Shown here piece by piece: positions 60,946 through 64,000 of a stretch of 64,000 nt of DNA. Positions within the stretch are counted from its first letter, which is position 1; each line of letters starts with the position of its first letter. The notes below the pieces were generated by a model. That model did no database searches, was not told the origin of the DNA, and saw only the letters and a program-made list of their open reading frames with translations. The translations under genes and the position numbers were made by a program. This DNA comes from Candidatus Sumerlaeaceae bacterium (lineage in GTDB: Bacteria; Sumerlaeota; Sumerlaeia; Sumerlaeales; Sumerlaeaceae), in NCBI GenBank assembly GCA_049968255.1, contig JBMFRB010000005.1:69822-133821 (forward strand). Reading direction: 5' to 3'.

Positions 60946-61188
60946 TTACTTTGCGGGGCACGCAAAGATGCTGGCGATGCCATCACCCACGGCGCCGACA
61001 AACATAGCAGTGCCATGGAACACTGCCGCTACCGGTGCCAATGGGTTGAAGCACGGGGCTGTATACACTGGCTCACAAACGACAACCTTCTTCGGAGCGT
61101 GGGACTTCTTCGGCGCAGCTTTTGCCTCACCCACGAGCGGAACTGCAGCAAGTGCTGCGATCGTCGCTACAGTGAGAAGCTTCTTCAT
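60946..61188 (-). CDS. Small secreted hypothetical protein
   Basis: GGAGG SD, signal peptide MKKLLTVATIAALAAVPLVGEAKA, about 56-aa mature part with 3 Cys. Confidence 0.7.
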   Translation of the reverse strand: MKKLLTVATIAALAAVPLVGEAKAAPKKSHAPKKVVVCEPVYTAPCFNPLAPVAAVFHGTAMFVGAVGDGIASIFACPAK

Positions 61189-61457
61189 TGCATCAACCTC
61201 CATTCCTCAAGAATATCTAACAACCTTGCGGTTCTTCTTCTATATTACCGACAGTATGCACTAGTTTTGCAAGAGTAAAATTGTAAGGAAAGTTTGATGT
61301 TTGCAGTCGGCAGTAGGGTGGCTTTGTCGCTCAAGGTAGCAATTTTGCCTTGAACCCACTTTCGGCTGGGGTGTTCATCAAAATTCCTTTTGTTCGTCAC
61401 TCGCGGGCGAACGGCGGACAAACAAAACGTGGCTAAGATTCAAGGACCAGAGGCGAA

Positions 61458-62678
61458 GTGAGAACCAAAGAAGATTATCTGAACGCGGCGGGCAAGTTCT
61501 TGACGCCCAATTATGGCGAACGCGAGCTCATTCTGGTTCGCGGTGCAGGATGCCAAGTGTGGGATATTGATGGCAACGAGTATCTCGATTTTCTTGCAGG
61601 TATTAGTGTCAACAACCTTGGTCACTGCCCACCTGCCGTAGTACAAGCTCTCGAACAACAAATCCGCCAGTTCATGCACTGTTCGAATTTTTATATCATT
61701 CCGTCCCAAACGGAGCTGGCGGCCCTTCTGTGTGAGCTTTCCTTCGCTGATCGCTGTTTTTTTTGCAACAGTGGGGCAGAAGCCAATGAGGCTGCTATCA
61801 AGTTAGCCCGTCTAAGGGCTAAAAAGACATATGGCCCGGACCGATACGAGATTGTGACCATGCGCAATTCATTCCACGGCCGCACGCTCGCCACAATCTC
61901 GGCCACGGGCCAGGAGAAAGTGCAGAAAGGCTTTGAGCCGCTCGTGCCCGGCTTCGTGTACGCCAATTTTAATGACCTTGAGAGCGTCGAGCGTGCTATT
62001 GGTAAACGCACATGTGCTATTATGGTGGAACCTGTTCAGGGCGAGGGCGGAGTCGTGCCCGCCACGAGCGAATTCTTGCGGGGGCTGCGGCGCCTTTGCG
62101 ACGAGCATGGTCTGCTGCTGATTTTCGACGAAGTGCAGTGCGGCATGGGGCGCTGCGGGCGGTTATTCGCCCACCAGGTGTATGGCGTAGATCCCGACAT
62201 CATGACACTAGCAAAAGCCTTGGGCAACGGATATCCGATTGGCGCGATGTTGGCACGCGAGGAAGTCGCAACGCTGCTGACGCCTGGCACGCATGGCTCG
62301 ACGTTTGGCGGAAATCCGCCCGCATGTGCCGCCGCTCTGGCCGTGCTGCGTGAGATGGCAACGCACAACTGGCCAGCTCACGCGCAAAAGATCGGAGCCG
62401 CGTTCATAGAAATGCTACGGCAGCGCATTGGCCTGCTGCCGAATGTTAAAGAAATTCGCGGCCTTGGCCTTATGGTGGGCATCGAGCTCACACATGCCGG
62501 CGCAAGGGTCGTGAAAGAGTGCCTGAAGCGGGGACTCATCATCAACTGCACGATGGGCAACGTTCTACGGCTTCTGCCGCCGCTCATAGTGACGCAATCT
62601 GAATGCGAGAGAGCTGCCGCGATAATTAGCGAAGTTCTGCAACTCGACGAGGTCAAAGAAGCGGCCAACCCCAGTTGA
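61458..62678 (+). CDS. argD: Acetylornithine aminotransferase
   Basis: YLDFLAGI, NSGAEANE, SFHGRT, EPVQGEGG, FDEVQCG, TLAKALG, HGSTFGGNP; upstream of argF. Confidence 0.93.
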   Translation: MRTKEDYLNAAGKFLTPNYGERELILVRGAGCQVWDIDGNEYLDFLAGISVNNLGHCPPAVVQALEQQIRQFMHCSNFYIIPSQTELAALLCELSFADRCFFCNSGAEANEAAIKLARLRAKKTYGPDRYEIVTMRNSFHGRTLATISATGQEKVQKGFEPLVPGFVYANFNDLESVERAIGKRTCAIMVEPVQGEGGVVPATSEFLRGLRRLCDEHGLLLIFDEVQCGMGRCGRLFAHQVYGVDPDIMTLAKALGNGYPIGAMLAREEVATLLTPGTHGSTFGGNPPACAAALAVLREMATHNWPAHAQKIGAAFIEMLRQRIGLLPNVKEIRGLGLMVGIELTHAGARVVKECLKRGLIINCTMGNVLRLLPPLIVTQSECERAAAIISEVLQLDEVKEAANPS

Positions 62679-62715
62679 GCGACCTCTTCTTCAAGGATCA
62701 AATTTCTAAGCGAGG

Positions 62716-63672
62716 GTGACCAAGATGCGCGATTATTTGCGAGCGACCGATTTCGACACTCAGATCACGCTCGAGCTTTTTCAGCTCGCAGCTGCAATGA
62801 AGGCGCGAGCCAAGCGACGAGAGTTTTTGGACGTTCTAAGGGGGATGTCGGGTGTTTTGCTTTTCCAGAAGCCGTCGCTGCGCACGCGCGTCACCTTCGA
62901 GTTAGCGATCCAGCAGCTTGGCGGCTATGCTATGTATCTTTCACCCGCTGAGGTGGGTATGGGAAAACGCGAGAGCATTTACGACGTGGGGAAAAATCTC
63001 GAGCGCTGGGTGGACATTGTCATCGCCCGTGTTTTCGCCCAAAAGGATGTGGAGGACCTTGCTGCCGCAACTCAGCCGCCGGTGATCAATGCGCTCAGCG
63101 ACGATGAGCATCCGTGTCAGGCCATGGCAGATTTTTTCACCCTTTACGAAAAAGGTGTGGAGTGGAAGAATTTCCGTTTCGCCTACATTGGCGATGGCAA
63201 CAACGTTTGCCACTCCCTGATGATCACCGCAGCAAATCTCGGTGTGGAAATGCGCGTGGCTTCGCCTAATGGCTACGAGCCGCTCGCGGAAGTCGTTACG
63301 GAGGCACAACGGCGCAATGGACTCAGCGGTGGGAAACTCATCCTCACGCATGATCCGCGCGAGGCTGTGCACAATGCCAACGCTGTTTACACAGACGTGT
63401 GGGCCAGTATGGGGGAGGAGCACGAAGCTGAACAACGCAAGGCGATTTTCCAGCCTTATCAGGTTAATGCGGCGCTGATGGCTTACGCAGCGCCTGGCGC
63501 GTTCGTGATGCACGATCTGCCTGCTCATCGCGGTGAGGAAATCACCGATGAAGTCATGGATGGTCCTCATTCTATCATTTTTGACCAGGCAGAGAATCGC
63601 CTGCACATCCAGAAGGCTATCATTCTCGAATGTTTAGGGCTGCGAGAGAAAGTTACAGCGATGCTGCGCTAG
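62716..63672 (+). CDS. argF: Ornithine carbamoyltransferase
   Basis: KPSLRTR, HPCQ, GDGNN, YTDVWASMG, HDLPAHRG (HCLP variant), DQAENRLH. Confidence 0.95.
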   Translation: MTKMRDYLRATDFDTQITLELFQLAAAMKARAKRREFLDVLRGMSGVLLFQKPSLRTRVTFELAIQQLGGYAMYLSPAEVGMGKRESIYDVGKNLERWVDIVIARVFAQKDVEDLAAATQPPVINALSDDEHPCQAMADFFTLYEKGVEWKNFRFAYIGDGNNVCHSLMITAANLGVEMRVASPNGYEPLAEVVTEAQRRNGLSGGKLILTHDPREAVHNANAVYTDVWASMGEEHEAEQRKAIFQPYQVNAALMAYAAPGAFVMHDLPAHRGEEITDEVMDGPHSIIFDQAENRLHIQKAIILECLGLREKVTAMLR

Positions 63673-63820
63673 GCGCTGTTCATTTTGTCACGGGTAAAGA
63701 GCGCTGTCGGGCCAACAGGCGTCAATGAGATAGAACGCGCAGCGGCACGGTGAAGTCGAGCGGGCGTTTCTGGCAAAAACGTAAGACATCACGTCGCAGC
63801 AAGATCTATCGTTTGCCTTC

Positions 63821-64000
63821 TCAGTTGCCGCTTTCCTCGCCATGGCTATTTGTACGTGAGGATTCGGCAACAGGCGCCGACGGCACGGGCGCGGGTTGTG
63901 CTTCTTCGATCATACGGACGGCGCGCTGACTGAGGGGGAACCGAAGCACGACAGTTGTTCCCTTGCCGACGTGGCTTTGGATCTGAATTTTCCCGCCATG
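63821..64000 (-). CDS. C-terminal fragment of a histidine kinase (HATPase_c); 5' part outside the window
   Basis: Hand translation HGGKIQIQSHVGKGTTVVLRFPL..SGN-stop, with TGA at 63821-63823. Confidence 0.85.
   Translation of the reverse strand, partial: HGGKIQIQSHVGKGTTVVLRFPLSQRAVRMIEEAQPAPVPSAPVAESSRTNSHGEESGN

Overview
A 64 kb stretch of bacterial chromosome, densely coding, with GC in the mid-to-high 50s % by eye. I see no rRNA, tRNA, CRISPR array, integrase or transposase. Housekeeping genes include rarA, obgE, a SurA-type PPIase, pdxA, rplS, thrC, mfd, ybeY, pyrF, argD and argF. These are interleaved with an amino-sugar locus (AGE epimerase, XdhC-like, ROK regulator, nagB, DUF4954), an amtB-glnK operon with a correctly spaced sigma54 promoter, and a metal-handling cluster (FmdE-like, chrA, CDF). 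There are also many large secreted modular enzymes: two GHL10/DUF187 hydrolases, NamZ, an S8 protease, a 1627-aa amidase, a GH13 and an unclassified 1000-aa putative CAZyme. Two partial genes at the window edges are missing from the ORF track: a GHL10 protein at 1-2107 (-) and a histidine kinase tail at 63821-64000 (-). The protein style suggests Sumerlaeota (BRC1); this is an impression, not a search result. Best leads: (1) unrelated secreted proteins ending in short shared tails (..DWxx[YF]E-stop, and ..PVTLSRVEMD-stop), possibly a lineage-specific protein sorting or secretion signal; (2) DUF4954 as an uncharacterised step of GlcNAc metabolism; (3) a protein resembling a catalytically dead, truncated type IIG restriction-modification enzyme; (4) an unknown ~440-aa C-terminal domain and a candidate new CAZyme family.
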